64,000 bases of DNA from Ostreococcus lucimarinus (taxonomy: Eukaryota), in assembly GCA_000092065.1 (NCBI GenBank), contig CP000581.1. One strand, given 5' to 3'. Made by a program: the position numbers and the translations under genes. The notes beneath the pieces were generated by a model. That model saw nothing but the letters and a program-made list of their open reading frames with translations, did no database searches and was not told the DNA's origin. Below, one piece after another: positions 19,501-29,000 of the stretch (position 1 is its first letter; each line of letters starts with the position of its first letter).

Positions 19501-21759
19501 GTGGCGATATTCTTTGTAGCTTTGATCGTGTCGATACTGTTCCCACTTAGCGCGATCGTGTTCAAGTGGGTAGTGTTGGGGCGATTACAAGCGGGATCGT
19601 ATCCACTTTGGGGGCAGTACTACTTGCGATGGTTCTTAGTCGAGCAAGTGACCAAGATTGCGGGTCTCGGCATTTTTGATCTTTCTCCATGGTTGTTCAC
19701 TTGGTACATGCGCATGATGGGGGCTTCGATTGGAAAAAGTTCATATGTTAGCCCGAAAGCCATCATCGGCGACTTTGATCTTATCACGATTGAAAAGAAC
19801 ACCACTGTAGATGAAGGGTGCAACATTCGCGCCTTTGAAGCGCGTCGCGGCGGTATGCGTCTGTCGCCAATTTTCATCGGTGAAGGTTGCACGCTGTGCG
19901 TCCACGCGGTGTGCGGGCCGGGCGCATACGTTCCAGCTGGTTCGACACTTGCCGCTTTCACATCCTGGAGAGAGATGGATCCGCAACAAGTCCGGCCCGT
20001 GAGCACGAAAACGGCACAAATGCACTCGGAAACGCCGCGGTTGGCGTCGCGTTTGTTCGTCGCGTTTCCCATCGTTTTCACGTGCTTCTTCGTTCGTTGG
20101 CTGCCGTGGGTTTTAGTGCTGCGCGTCGTCCAGCAACACTCCATCGGAGATAACTTACTCACGCACGCGGGTATGGCAAACTGGAGACAAGAGCTCGACA
20201 CACTTGACAACGACTACGACGCGCTCGAAGTGTTCGTCACGCTGCTCGGGCGTTTGAGCTGGACGGATTGCATCGAATGGTTTATGGACCCGTTTCGGCT
20301 GGGTTGCATAGCGCTTGCGCGTCTGATGCACGCGACTGCCGGCCCGTTTGTACAGCTTTTCGCGACGATTCTAGTCAAGCGCGTCATCATTGGTAAGTTT
20401 AAATCTGGCGGCTTACCGCAAGCGCCGGCGGCGCGCGAGTGGGAATTGACACGTCGCTACATCATGCGTAAACTTTGCCCTAATGGCAAGTTTTACGGTG
20501 CGACGGATCTACTAGGTAAGCATTACCAGTACACAACGTATATTTACCGTGCGCTTGGCGCGACGGTTGGTGAGCGCATATTCTGGCCAGGCTCTGGCGT
20601 CATCGTCGGGGACGGAATGTACGATCTTTTGCACATAGAAGACGATGTCGTGTGGGGATCACGTTCTGCGGTGTATCCAGCAGATACCATCGGAGCTCTT
20701 CCCATACGTATTCGGCGTGGCGCGAACATCAGCGACCGTTGCGTCATCTTTGGAGGCGTTACTGTGATGCCGAACGCGTGCCTCGGCTCTGGGAGCGTCG
20801 CCGCTCGCAAGATGACGATTGCGAGCGGGTCGATTTGGGTCGGCAGTCGCAATGGCGTAGCCGTACAACTCGACCCTGGCGGTGCGTCGAGTATGATGGA
20901 TGAGCGCCAGACCGCGAAGCCATTCGGACGTGCAACGTACTTGGGACAAGCGACGTACCCCGTCGTCCCGTGGTACTTCATGCCCGTGATTTGTATCAGC
21001 GTGCAAATTTTCAAAGCCGCCGCGAACATGTTGCCGATTTACGTCGCGTGGTACGCCACCGCGTACATCTCCAGAGTATACCTTGACGAAGATTGGCAAA
21101 CTCTCGACGCGACACGGTACTTGAGCATCTTGTTCGTCGTATTCTTGATTTTGCGCGGTGTTCAAACGACGTTCAATCTCGTGAATTCCATCTTTCTGAA
21201 GTGGATCATCGTCGGTCGACGCACGCCCGGAAACTATCCGTGGGACACTAGTTCGTATTGTTTCCGCTGGAAACTGTGCGATATCATGAGCGACACGACA
21301 GATTTAATGCTTCTCTCCGGAAGCGAACATTTGTGCCGATACTTCCGCGCGAAAGGAGCCAACATTGGGCAGAACGTTTGTTTGTACCCCACGGGAGCGG
21401 ATCCGCCCATGCCCGAACCAGACTTGGTCACTATTGGCGACGGCGCGTGCATCAATTTCGCCCACGTCATCGCGCACACGAATACGTTGGGCGCTTTTGC
21501 GCTGAACAACATTCTCATTCGCGAACGCTCGACCCTCTGCATGGAGAGTCGTGTCATGGGTGGCACGAAAGTCGGAGCAGATTCCATTCTCCTCGAACAC
21601 ACGCTCGCAATGGTGGGTGACGATGTTGAACGCGGGGGGATCTGGCAAGGATGGCCCGTACAAATGGTTTTGAATTCGTGCGAACGCCCGCGCGGAAAGT
21701 CGTCGCCGTCAGGCCCCGAGAAGGCAAGTCCGATGGCCAAATCATATGGGGCCATGTAA
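16600..21759 (+). CDS. NRPS-like adenylation (AMP-binding) + carrier-protein enzyme fused to polytopic membrane domain with three left-handed beta-helix (hexapeptide-repeat) blocks
   Basis: AMP-binding motifs ([56 protein letters not shown]) and a phosphopantetheine site [15 protein letters not shown]-terminal ~900 aa has three repeats of hydrophobic helices followed by hexapeptide-like [LIV]GxxxxI repeats. The first 215 codons of ORF 15955.. are antisense to NBP35, so the start was set at ATG 16600. Confidence 0.8.
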   Translation: MTDNAHAHARRGRASEDANERARTARRSVDAWAMHDAARPLDGAVGDANRERRASGSETTSVTLSVGDGRARTGEGGAPRAPPGAFAMQSRALAEEEKRVYETRRTSWEALAREAREKCAQGTLRDVWLRERLSNITRKTHEGERTALMTDYFADADDRVAVEGVDGVRRGMTHRELRVLIDRVCEKDMPEWGVRAHGGRIAVVVPNGPELMTSLMCVLQRHCAVPINPVTTQEEIEEELLNTNAKVLLYQRDGGKGDVKMRRLCKKLKLTPLIITPSPTVAGDFTLIGDPYGLATEEDSAGNDIELMQADRLALILHTSGSTGKKKVVPIAMSQILIGAAAIAASCGLNEDDICCNFMPLFHVGGILRNVLAPIMSGGSTVAMPFFDVDNFWEVLESKKCTWYYGAPTMHMLIVKSAETMAKNDKGSVKTCVRFVANAAGPLQPATATELRRLFNNASVLPSYGMTECMPISCPPMGYALERPGTSGRSIGPEIGIIDDSGNLCPSGAVGNIMVRGPLVLTGYEGEAPGSSGFEPGGWFNTGDMGRMDDDGYLYVTGRTKEVINRGGEIISPVEIEEALASLPAVSECVAISVPHGTLQEVVGVLVVPVKGGQVPGMRQIVQHVAKRLPPSKWPQCLILASGIPKSITGKVSRSVITRQLRLPSLEDGMRELETTFEADFADNALSGAQALNVDNASSEVVQALLLVPGVNDAGAWMDSTGSIIAVVTPKTLDASSVSSASTRYLPGYLEPKEILPVASVPRDAQGAIEVSKVYEMMRQDLTDAPANPNQELLAHLWGEVLGTDSSMISIKDDFFLSGGSSIAAGQLAGLIRKKFEVNITGADMFELRTIQRIAQMIDKRTKEAESSDSKPTHAPRPVGPVDWVTPKSSLGIIPSIVQLMPLYLIKPFYNMARWVLFLMCWSHVFHYLGPSLHWMRREHFMAKAQKFGMNEAHSHFYSTVQLLSFFVAIFFVALIVSILFPLSAIVFKWVVLGRLQAGSYPLWGQYYLRWFLVEQVTKIAGLGIFDLSPWLFTWYMRMMGASIGKSSYVSPKAIIGDFDLITIEKNTTVDEGCNIRAFEARRGGMRLSPIFIGEGCTLCVHAVCGPGAYVPAGSTLAAFTSWREMDPQQVRPVSTKTAQMHSETPRLASRLFVAFPIVFTCFFVRWLPWVLVLRVVQQHSIGDNLLTHAGMANWRQELDTLDNDYDALEVFVTLLGRLSWTDCIEWFMDPFRLGCIALARLMHATAGPFVQLFATILVKRVIIGKFKSGGLPQAPAAREWELTRRYIMRKLCPNGKFYGATDLLGKHYQYTTYIYRALGATVGERIFWPGSGVIVGDGMYDLLHIEDDVVWGSRSAVYPADTIGALPIRIRRGANISDRCVIFGGVTVMPNACLGSGSVAARKMTIASGSIWVGSRNGVAVQLDPGGASSMMDERQTAKPFGRATYLGQATYPVVPWYFMPVICISVQIFKAAANMLPIYVAWYATAYISRVYLDEDWQTLDATRYLSILFVVFLILRGVQTTFNLVNSIFLKWIIVGRRTPGNYPWDTSSYCFRWKLCDIMSDTTDLMLLSGSEHLCRYFRAKGANIGQNVCLYPTGADPPMPEPDLVTIGDGACINFAHVIAHTNTLGAFALNNILIRERSTLCMESRVMGGTKVGADSILLEHTLAMVGDDVERGGIWQGWPVQMVLNSCERPRGKSSPSGPEKASPMAKSYGAM

Positions 21760-21857
21760 ATACTGTATCTACTATAGACACATCACATATTCTATTCGTT
21801 TCAATTTGGTTTTTGTTTTTGCCGTTGTGAATGTAAAAATGTTTTGTCACACTTCAC

Positions 21858-22832
21858 CTACTCTGGAAACCAGTCGACGCCCGCGTCGAAGGCGCCGTCG
21901 CCTCGCTCCATTTCTTTCGCTATCAACTCTAAGCCTAAAGGATAATTATTCGATAACACTCGCGATATCAACGCCACCTCGTCCCAGTGCGTTTTCAGCG
22001 CCGCCTCCACGCCCTCGGACTCACCGTGCGCCTCGCGAATGCTCTTCGCCCACTCGTCGGCGAGCACGATTTTTCCAAGGTGTTTGCGCAACGCGGGATC
22101 GAGCAACGCCGTCATCTGTGCCTCCGCGGTGACCCCCGGCGGTTTCGCCTTCATCGGCGCACGCATTTCCTTCGCGAAATACCACACCGTAAACATGAAA
22201 CGTTCGCGCATCGCCGGCATCACGCGATGCAATCCAAACTCGGACGAAAAAATCACCACTCGTCCCGCCTTCGGCGCGATCGTCACCCGTCCTCGCGGAA
22301 AAGGGTACAACGCCAGCGCGCCGCCGTCCCTCGCCTCGCACCAGTCTTCGTCCAAGTACGCGCACATCGTCACCCGCCTCGAATCTAAACTCGCGTCGCT
22401 GTCGAAGTGCAGCGGAAAACATCCGCCCGCGCCTTCGTTCACTTGCAGTTTCGTCGACGTTCTATCGAGCGCGCCGCCGCCGAGCGCGCCGAACGCCTCG
22501 TTCAGCGCCTCCATCACCGACGTCTCTTTCGCCAGCTCGTTCACCAACGGCGCGCTCGCCGCGTCTTCCTTCGACAACCGATGCACCTCGCACTCGTACA
22601 CGTGCGGTTTCGCGAGCGCGACGACGCCCTCGCGCGCGAACAGCGACGCGTTCGCGACGAACGCACCGCGTCGCCGCAGCGCGTTGAATTCATCTTTCAG
22701 CGCGCGCGCGCGCGCGACGTCGAAGGCGTCGTCCAAAACGACGTAACCGTGTCGCGCGAGTCGCGCCTTGGCGTCGCCGGCGACGAGCGCGCGCGCGATC
22801 GCGGCGTAGGCGCCGGTGAAGCGCCGCGACAT
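21858..22832 (-). CDS. 2-oxoglutarate/Fe(II)-dependent dioxygenase, prolyl 4-hydroxylase-like
   Basis: A double-stranded beta-helix with H-x-D...H (LHFDSD ... GLHRVMPA) and the RVVIFSS Arg/2OG-binding strand. ATG at 22832 checked. Confidence 0.6.
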   Translation of the reverse strand: MSRRFTGAYAAIARALVAGDAKARLARHGYVVLDDAFDVARARALKDEFNALRRRGAFVANASLFAREGVVALAKPHVYECEVHRLSKEDAASAPLVNELAKETSVMEALNEAFGALGGGALDRTSTKLQVNEGAGGCFPLHFDSDASLDSRRVTMCAYLDEDWCEARDGGALALYPFPRGRVTIAPKAGRVVIFSSEFGLHRVMPAMRERFMFTVWYFAKEMRAPMKAKPPGVTAEAQMTALLDPALRKHLGKIVLADEWAKSIREAHGESEGVEAALKTHWDEVALISRVLSNNYPLGLELIAKEMERGDGAFDAGVDWFPE

Positions 22833-22878
22833 GTCGTTCGGGACGAACCGTTAAAAAACGTCGAGACAGCGCGACGCG

Positions 22879-24282
22879 ATGGCGCCCGACGACGTCGAGC
22901 GCGCGGTGCCTCTCGAGGACGACGTCGAGCGGCCGCTTCGCGACGTCGCGAGCGACGGCGACGACGACGACGACGACGCGAGCGAGGACGCGCGCGCGTC
23001 GGCCGGAGACTTGGCGACGATTTTCGCGCTGTGGAACACGATGGTCGGCAGCGCGGTGCTCGCGGTGCCGTGGGCGTTCACGGAGAGCGGATTAGCGCTG
23101 GGCGCGGCGAGCGCGGTCGTTATGACGTGCGCGATGGCGTACACGGCGACGCTGGTGCTGCGGTACGGCGCGCGGGGAGGGCACGACGACTTGGCGGGGA
23201 TGTGCGGCGCGGCGCTGGGACCGCGAGCGAGAGCGGGGTGCAACGCGGCGATGGCGCTGATGATGGCGCAGTGCGTGGTGGTGTTCGACATGATGCTGTC
23301 GACGAGCGTGTACGGCATCGTCAAGGGGTTCGCAGATTTGGCGAAAATGCCGGCGACCGGTGGCGGCGGGACGACGGCGCTGGCGGCGACGCTCGCGTCT
23401 TCGAATTCCACGGGCTGGGCGACGTGCACGAACGCCGCGAAAGACGCCGCGAAGTGTTGGAATCCGTTCACGGCGGTGGGTGTCACCGCCGTTGCGCTGA
23501 TGTGTCTCGGAAGTCTGAAGAATCTCGACGGTTTCGTCGCCGTGAGCGTGCTCGGGCCCTTCTTCATGACGTACTTGATTTTGTTCATCGTATTCAAATC
23601 AGTCGTGGCGTCGGCGCCCGTGGCGCCGATCGCGCCGTACGCGAACTTTTCGACGTTTAAAAAGACGGCGGGGGTGTTGTCGAGCTGTTTATTTTCCCAT
23701 CACGCCGTGATTCCGGTGTGCCGGGCGAACAGTAAGTCGAAAAATAACGGGCGGAATCTTCTCGTCGCGTACGTGTTGGCGCTGATGTCGTACCTGGCGC
23801 CGGCGTTGGCTGGGAATTTCAGCGCTGCGTACGTCGCCGTGCGACGGGGGCCGAACGGTTCGTCTCGGGCGGCAAATTTCTTGCGCGTGTTTCCACCGAG
23901 CGATTACTATACTCTATCCGCGCACGTGGCGGTGACGGTACAGTTCTTGACCATGGTCCCGCTGCTCTTGTACATTCTGCGAACGCAAGTCTTTGGCCTG
24001 CTTCCGCAATTTCCAGCCAAGTACCACGGCGCGGCGTCGTTCGCGGTCAACTTTGCCGCGATCGCTCTCGGCTCCTTCTGCGCGGCGCATCCCGACATCG
24101 ACATCGGTATGATTCTTTCCAAGTGCGGCGCCGTGTTCGGCTTGATTTTCGCCTACGCGGCCCCCGTGCTCGTACACGTATTCGGACGCCGAGGAAATCG
24201 TCACCCTCTGTGGAACCACATCGCGCACGGCACCATTCTCGCCGTCGGCGTCGCCATCGCCCTCGCGCAATTCGTCGATTGA
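22879..24282 (+). CDS. amino acid transporter (AAAP/SLC38-like family)
   Basis: 467 aa with ~10-11 hydrophobic helices. The N-terminal motif IFALWNTMVGSAVLAVPWAF is typical of the amino acid/auxin permease family, preceded by an acidic cytosolic tail. Confidence 0.7.
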   Translation: MAPDDVERAVPLEDDVERPLRDVASDGDDDDDDASEDARASAGDLATIFALWNTMVGSAVLAVPWAFTESGLALGAASAVVMTCAMAYTATLVLRYGARGGHDDLAGMCGAALGPRARAGCNAAMALMMAQCVVVFDMMLSTSVYGIVKGFADLAKMPATGGGGTTALAATLASSNSTGWATCTNAAKDAAKCWNPFTAVGVTAVALMCLGSLKNLDGFVAVSVLGPFFMTYLILFIVFKSVVASAPVAPIAPYANFSTFKKTAGVLSSCLFSHHAVIPVCRANSKSKNNGRNLLVAYVLALMSYLAPALAGNFSAAYVAVRRGPNGSSRAANFLRVFPPSDYYTLSAHVAVTVQFLTMVPLLLYILRTQVFGLLPQFPAKYHGAASFAVNFAAIALGSFCAAHPDIDIGMILSKCGAVFGLIFAYAAPVLVHVFGRRGNRHPLWNHIAHGTILAVGVAIALAQFVD

Positions 24283-24408
24283 ACGACCGTCGCTCGCGCA
24301 GTATGTATTTATTTCTTCTCGCGAGACGACGCGCTGTTGTACCATGTCACCATTCTCGAGCCACCTCACAACCTTCACAACCTTCACAACCTCGCGCGTC
24401 TGAACGCG

Positions 24409-24946
24409 ATGTCGTCGTTCACCCTCGCGTCGAGCGCGCCCTCAAAGACGATCGCGCGCGCCCACGCGCGGCGCGGCGCCGCGCGCGGCGCCCGCGTCGT
24501 CGTGCACGCGGCGAAAAAGAAGCAAGATGCCACCGAAGAGGACGAGGCGAAGATCGACTTCAAAGGCTTGAAGCAGCTCATAAGCATGGGCCTCGGCACG
24601 ATCAGCGGGGACATCACGGAAATTAACTTGGACGATCCCACGAGAACGGTCGTGATGGAGCTCGGTGCGTCGCGTCGATCGCCTTCGCCGCGCGCGGCGC
24701 GACGGCTGGATATGTTTTTGGGAGCGCGGCGTTATCCCGGACGACTGACGATGCGTTTGCGCGCGCGACGACGCAGAGGCGAATAATTTTGAAGACAAAG
24801 ATGGCAAACCGTTGAATTTTATCAATAACGATGGGTTCGTCGGCGAGAAAGGGGAGAGTGTTAGCGTTTTGAATTACGCGGTGCCTGTGCTCTTGGGGGC
24901 GGCGTCCATAGCGGGCGTCGTGGCCACGCTTAAAGCGCTCGCGTAA
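24409..24946 (+). CDS. small two-exon gene: transit-peptide-like N-terminus + C-terminal transmembrane helix (possible small thylakoid protein); exons 24409..24664 and 24801..24946
   Basis: Exon 1 ends at a canonical donor G|GTGCGT (24665) and the acceptor is AAAG|AT (24800/24801). Phase-1 splicing restores the frame and continues ...TRTVVMELDGKPLNFINNDGFVGEKGESVSVLNYAVPVLLGAASIAGVVATLKALA* with stop at 24944-46. The N-terminus MSSFTLASSAPSKTIARAHARRGAARGARVVVHA resembles a chloroplast transit peptide. Confidence 0.45.
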
Positions 24947-24987
24947 GTGTTGTATTACCTACTGATGATGTTCGTGTGTGATTGCGA

Positions 24988-25698
24988 TTACAAATCGTCG
25001 TCGCGCACGTCGACGTCGGCATCGTCGCACGCGCCGGCGAAGATGGGGTTACGCACGACGATTTTAGCTCCGTCGCGCGTCGTCCAGTCCGTTTCAAGGC
25101 GTTCTGAATACTCATTCGCGTCGTCGAGTTCGGCGCGATCACGAAGGTAACGACGTCGTAGACGTACGTTTTCGTCGGTGACTACCTTCAGTCGTCGCGC
25201 GAGCGCCTGCGCGTCTTCCATCATTCGGCGTAATCGAGCCGCCGCATGCGTCGCCGCCGCGTCTCTTCGCTTGGCCCATTCTTCGATGAGCCTCGCGCGC
25301 TCGTTCGAAGCCTTCAACTCGCCTCGCGCGTCCTTCACATCCTTTTTCGCGTCTTGCACCATCTCCATCAGCGCCTTTCGCGCTTTCGCTCCGCGTTCGA
25401 GCTCGTACCGCGCCTTACGCTCTGAGTCTAAATTAAGCCTCTGCGCTCGTCCAAGCTCCCTTCGCAACGATTGGCACGCCGCCGTCGCCGCGTTCGCCCG
25501 CTCGCGCTCGCATTTCGCCTCCTTCCCCGCGCACTCTAGCGCGTCTCTCGCCTCCGCGAGCGCCCGCGCCGTCTCCGTCGCGCGTCGCGCGTGATACTCC
25601 ATCCTCGCCACGAGCGCATTCTGTTGTCGGTTCGTCTTCTCCATCTCCATCGCCGCGTCCGCGCCGGCGACGCGCGTCATCGTCACCACCGCCGGCAT
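24988..25698 (-). CDS. coiled-coil protein (hypothetical)
   Basis: 237 aa from the internal ATG 25698. It has long heptad-like E/R/A/K-rich stretches and converges on the previous gene with a ~40-bp 3' spacer. A TGTAA lies on its own strand just after the stop. Confidence 0.45.
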   Translation of the reverse strand: MPAVVTMTRVAGADAAMEMEKTNRQQNALVARMEYHARRATETARALAEARDALECAGKEAKCERERANAATAACQSLRRELGRAQRLNLDSERKARYELERGAKARKALMEMVQDAKKDVKDARGELKASNERARLIEEWAKRRDAAATHAAARLRRMMEDAQALARRLKVVTDENVRLRRRYLRDRAELDDANEYSERLETDWTTRDGAKIVVRNPIFAGACDDADVDVRDDDL

Positions 25699-25927
25699 CG
25701 CCGTCGTCGTTCGCGCGCGTCCGCGCCCTCGCGACGCCGCCGTCGCGCGCGCGCGCGTCGTTATCTCGCGCCAATCGCGCGACTCCAAAAGTCACCCGAG
25801 AGAAACCGCGCGGCCGAAAGTCGACACCCGGCACGGCCTGGAGACGCGCGCCGCACGACGCGACGCGGCGCCGCGACGACGGCCGCGACCTCGCGCGACC
25901 GCTCGAGAGGAATCGCGCGCGCGCTCA

Positions 25928-25963
25928 AATCGCCGTCGACGTCGAATCGCCGTCGACGTCGAC
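25928..25963. promoter_or_regulatory. 17-bp tandem direct repeat, each copy containing the palindrome TCGACGTCGA (ACGT core), in the bidirectional promoter 65-100 bp upstream of the ABCB ATG
   Basis: The sequence is AATCGCCGTCGACGTCG AATCGCCGTCGACGTCGAC, and the second copy forms the perfect 12-bp palindrome GTCGACGTCGAC. Confidence 0.4.
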
Positions 25964-26027
25964 GCGCGCGACGGAGGCGCCGCGAAGAGAAACGACGCGA
26001 ACGACGCGTGACGTCGACCGGGACGTG

Positions 26028-29000
26028 ATGGGAAAACACGACACGAAGTCGGACGACGCGACGCCGGATGACGCGGAAGCGCGCGACGTGAAGACGGAGA
26101 TGGTGCCGCTGTCGACGATGTTTCGATTTTACGAGCCGGTGGACATGGCGCTGCTCGCGGCCGGGGCGTTGTTCTCGGCGCTGGGCGGAGCGCTTTTCCC
26201 GGCCGTCAACGTGGCGTTCGGGAACATGCTCGATTCGACGGCGGTGGGGGACGTGGGATCGAAGATTAACAACGCGGTGATCGCGATGGAAATCGTGGCG
26301 GTGTCTCTTGGAGTGAGCTTGACGCTCGGGTACTGGTTCACGTCGTGGGGGGCGGCGCGCGCGGCGAGAAATATGCGAAGCGCGTTCGTGCGAGCGATGT
26401 TGGCGCAGGATATCAACTTTTTTGAAAGCAAAAAGGCCGGGGAAATCGCGACTCTCACGGGGGCAACCGTGAACGACTTTCAAACGGGAATGTCGAAGAA
26501 ATTTGCGGAGCTCATTCAGAGTGGCTTCAGTATGGCTGGTGGCTTTGGCGTCGGATTTTACTTCAATGCCGAATTATCCGGCGTGATTCTCGCCACCGTT
26601 CCTCTTCTCGGTTTCGCGACGTTTTTTCTGATTAAATCGATCCAGGATATGCAGAAAGGGAACGTGGAGTACGAAAGTGCTGCAGCCGTGGCGACGGAGA
26701 CCATCGGAGCCATTCGCGTGACGAACGCGTTGAATTATCAAAACGTCGCGACGAATCGCTTCAAGGCAAATTTAGGCAAGGCGCAGCGACACGGCGCAAA
26801 GCAAATTTGGAAAGCGTCTTTCGCGGGTGGGGGGCTCTTTGCTTCGATGTTCATCATGTATGCCTTAGGTTTGTGGTACGGTGCCAAGCTCATCGCCGAT
26901 AGTAAGGTGGACGCCATCGCGAGCTACCCACCGCCTGCCGGTTTGACCGATGTCACCGACGCGACGTGGGGCGCGCACGCGACGTTCGCGCGTCAAATGT
27001 GTGTTTACACGAATGAACCAACGAAAAACTACACCGGCGAAGCACTATTACAATGTGCGTGCGGATTGGATTACAGTATGGCGCTCCTGACAACATCACC
27101 AAACTGCGGTTGCGGTTATCGACTGTCGACGACGTTCGGAGGCGTTCTTGACTCGGCCGCATCGCCATGCCTGACGGGCGGTACCATTGTGATGGTCTTC
27201 TTTTCAATCTTGTTCGGTGGCTTCGCCCTGGGACAGGCTGGTCCTGCGATCGAGGCTCTAGCGAAAGCAAGGATGGCCGCGTTTAAAATCTACGGCGTCA
27301 TCGATCGCAAACCTGAAAACGGAATAGACACGCGTAAACCTACAGGCGTCGATCCAATCACGCCCATGCGTGGTGAAATAGTCTTCAAAGACGTTGACTT
27401 TGAGTACTCGCCACAGCGACCAGTGTTCAGCGGTCTCAATCTCACCATCGAGGGAGGTGCAGTGGTTGCGCTCGTCGGCGCTTCAGGATGCGGTAAGAGT
27501 ACGATTACGAAGCTCGTCGAACGCTTTTACGACCCGATGAGCGGTACCATCTTTCTTGATGGTGTCGACTTGCGAAATATTCGCATCGATAAATTACGCG
27601 CGAATATTGGCATCGTCTCTCAGGAACCACTTCTCTTTGAGGCATCTATCGCCGACAACATCGCCGCCGGACGCCCTCAAGCGATAGGTGGTTCGAAAGC
27701 TTCTATGGACGAAATCGTCGCTGCCGCCGAAGCAGCGTGCGCGCATGAATTCATCATGTCGTTTCCGAATGGATACAATACCATGGTCGGTGGGAAGAAC
27801 TCCAAACTATCTGGAGGACAAAAGCAACGCATCGCCATCGCCCGCGCCGCGCTGCGCAACCCGGCAATATTGATTCTCGACGAGGCGACTTCAGCGCTCG
27901 ACACCGAAAATGAGATGCTTGTGCAAGACGCTCTCGATGGATTAGTGCACTCTGTCGCTGGTGGGCAACGCACTACCATCGTCATCGCACACAGATTGAC
28001 AACAGTTCGTGACGCCAACAAGATCGTCGTGCTTGGCAGCAAGGATGCCGCCGCTGGGTTGGCGGGTGGTGGTGGTGGTGCACATGGCTCAATTGTTCTC
28101 GAACAGGGCACGCACGACGAGCTCATGGCGCTCGGCTCAAAGGGCATGTACAGAAACCTGGTTGGGTTGACCAAGGATGATGGCTCTAAGCGCGTCAAGC
28201 GATCTGCGTCACTCTCCTCCTTTCAGTCAGTGCGTCGCGAAACGAGCGAATTCGGCGAAGAATTCACAAAGAAAGACGTTCAAGTTACGGCAAATAAGCC
28301 GACCGAGGTGTACAAAGTGAGCGCGGCGCGCGTGTGGAAGTACAGCAAGGAGGACGTTCCTTTGCTCATCACTGGCATGTTCTTCGCCATCGCGAATGGC
28401 TGCGTCATGCCATCCGTCGCCTTCGTCTTCGCCGAGCTGTTGACTGTCTTTTACATGGATGACATTACTTACATGCGAGAAAGATCCGCTGTTCTTTCGG
28501 GTGCGATGGGTGCCGTCGCCGTCGGAGCGTTTTTGGTAATGGGAACGCAAGGGGGTATTTTTGGTAACATCGGCGAGCGTCTCACGACGCGTTTACGCAT
28601 TCACTTATTCAGATCAATCATGCGCCAAGATGTTGCCTTCTTTGACGAGAAGGAGAACACCGTTGGCGCGTTGACGACACTTCTCCAAGCCGACACGACA
28701 AAAGTTCGCACTATGACGGGTCAAAGTTTTGGAAGCGTGATTCAAGCCGCCGCCGCGCTTACGTTTGGTCTCACTGTGAGCCTCACAGCGTCGTGGAAGT
28801 ACGGTCTCGTGCTGCTTGCATGCGTTCCCGTTTTGAGTATCGGTGAAATGCTGAATATGAAAAATCTTGCTGATAGCACGTCGCTGGACGAAACCGTCGC
28901 CGAAGGTTCCGCTCGGGTGTCCGAGACGGTGACGATGATTAAAGACGTACACGCCTTCGGTCTTGAGGATAAAATGGCGGAGAATTACGATGCAGCTATA

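Noticed and set aside
24337-24786. The unspliced 149-aa reading of the small gene (MYHVTILEPPHNLHNLHNL...RLRARRRRGE).
   Set aside because: It starts at TTG, and its first 24 and last 40 residues are low-complexity. The ORF passes through a perfect GTGCGT donor, and the spliced model yields a coherent transit peptide plus TM-helix protein.
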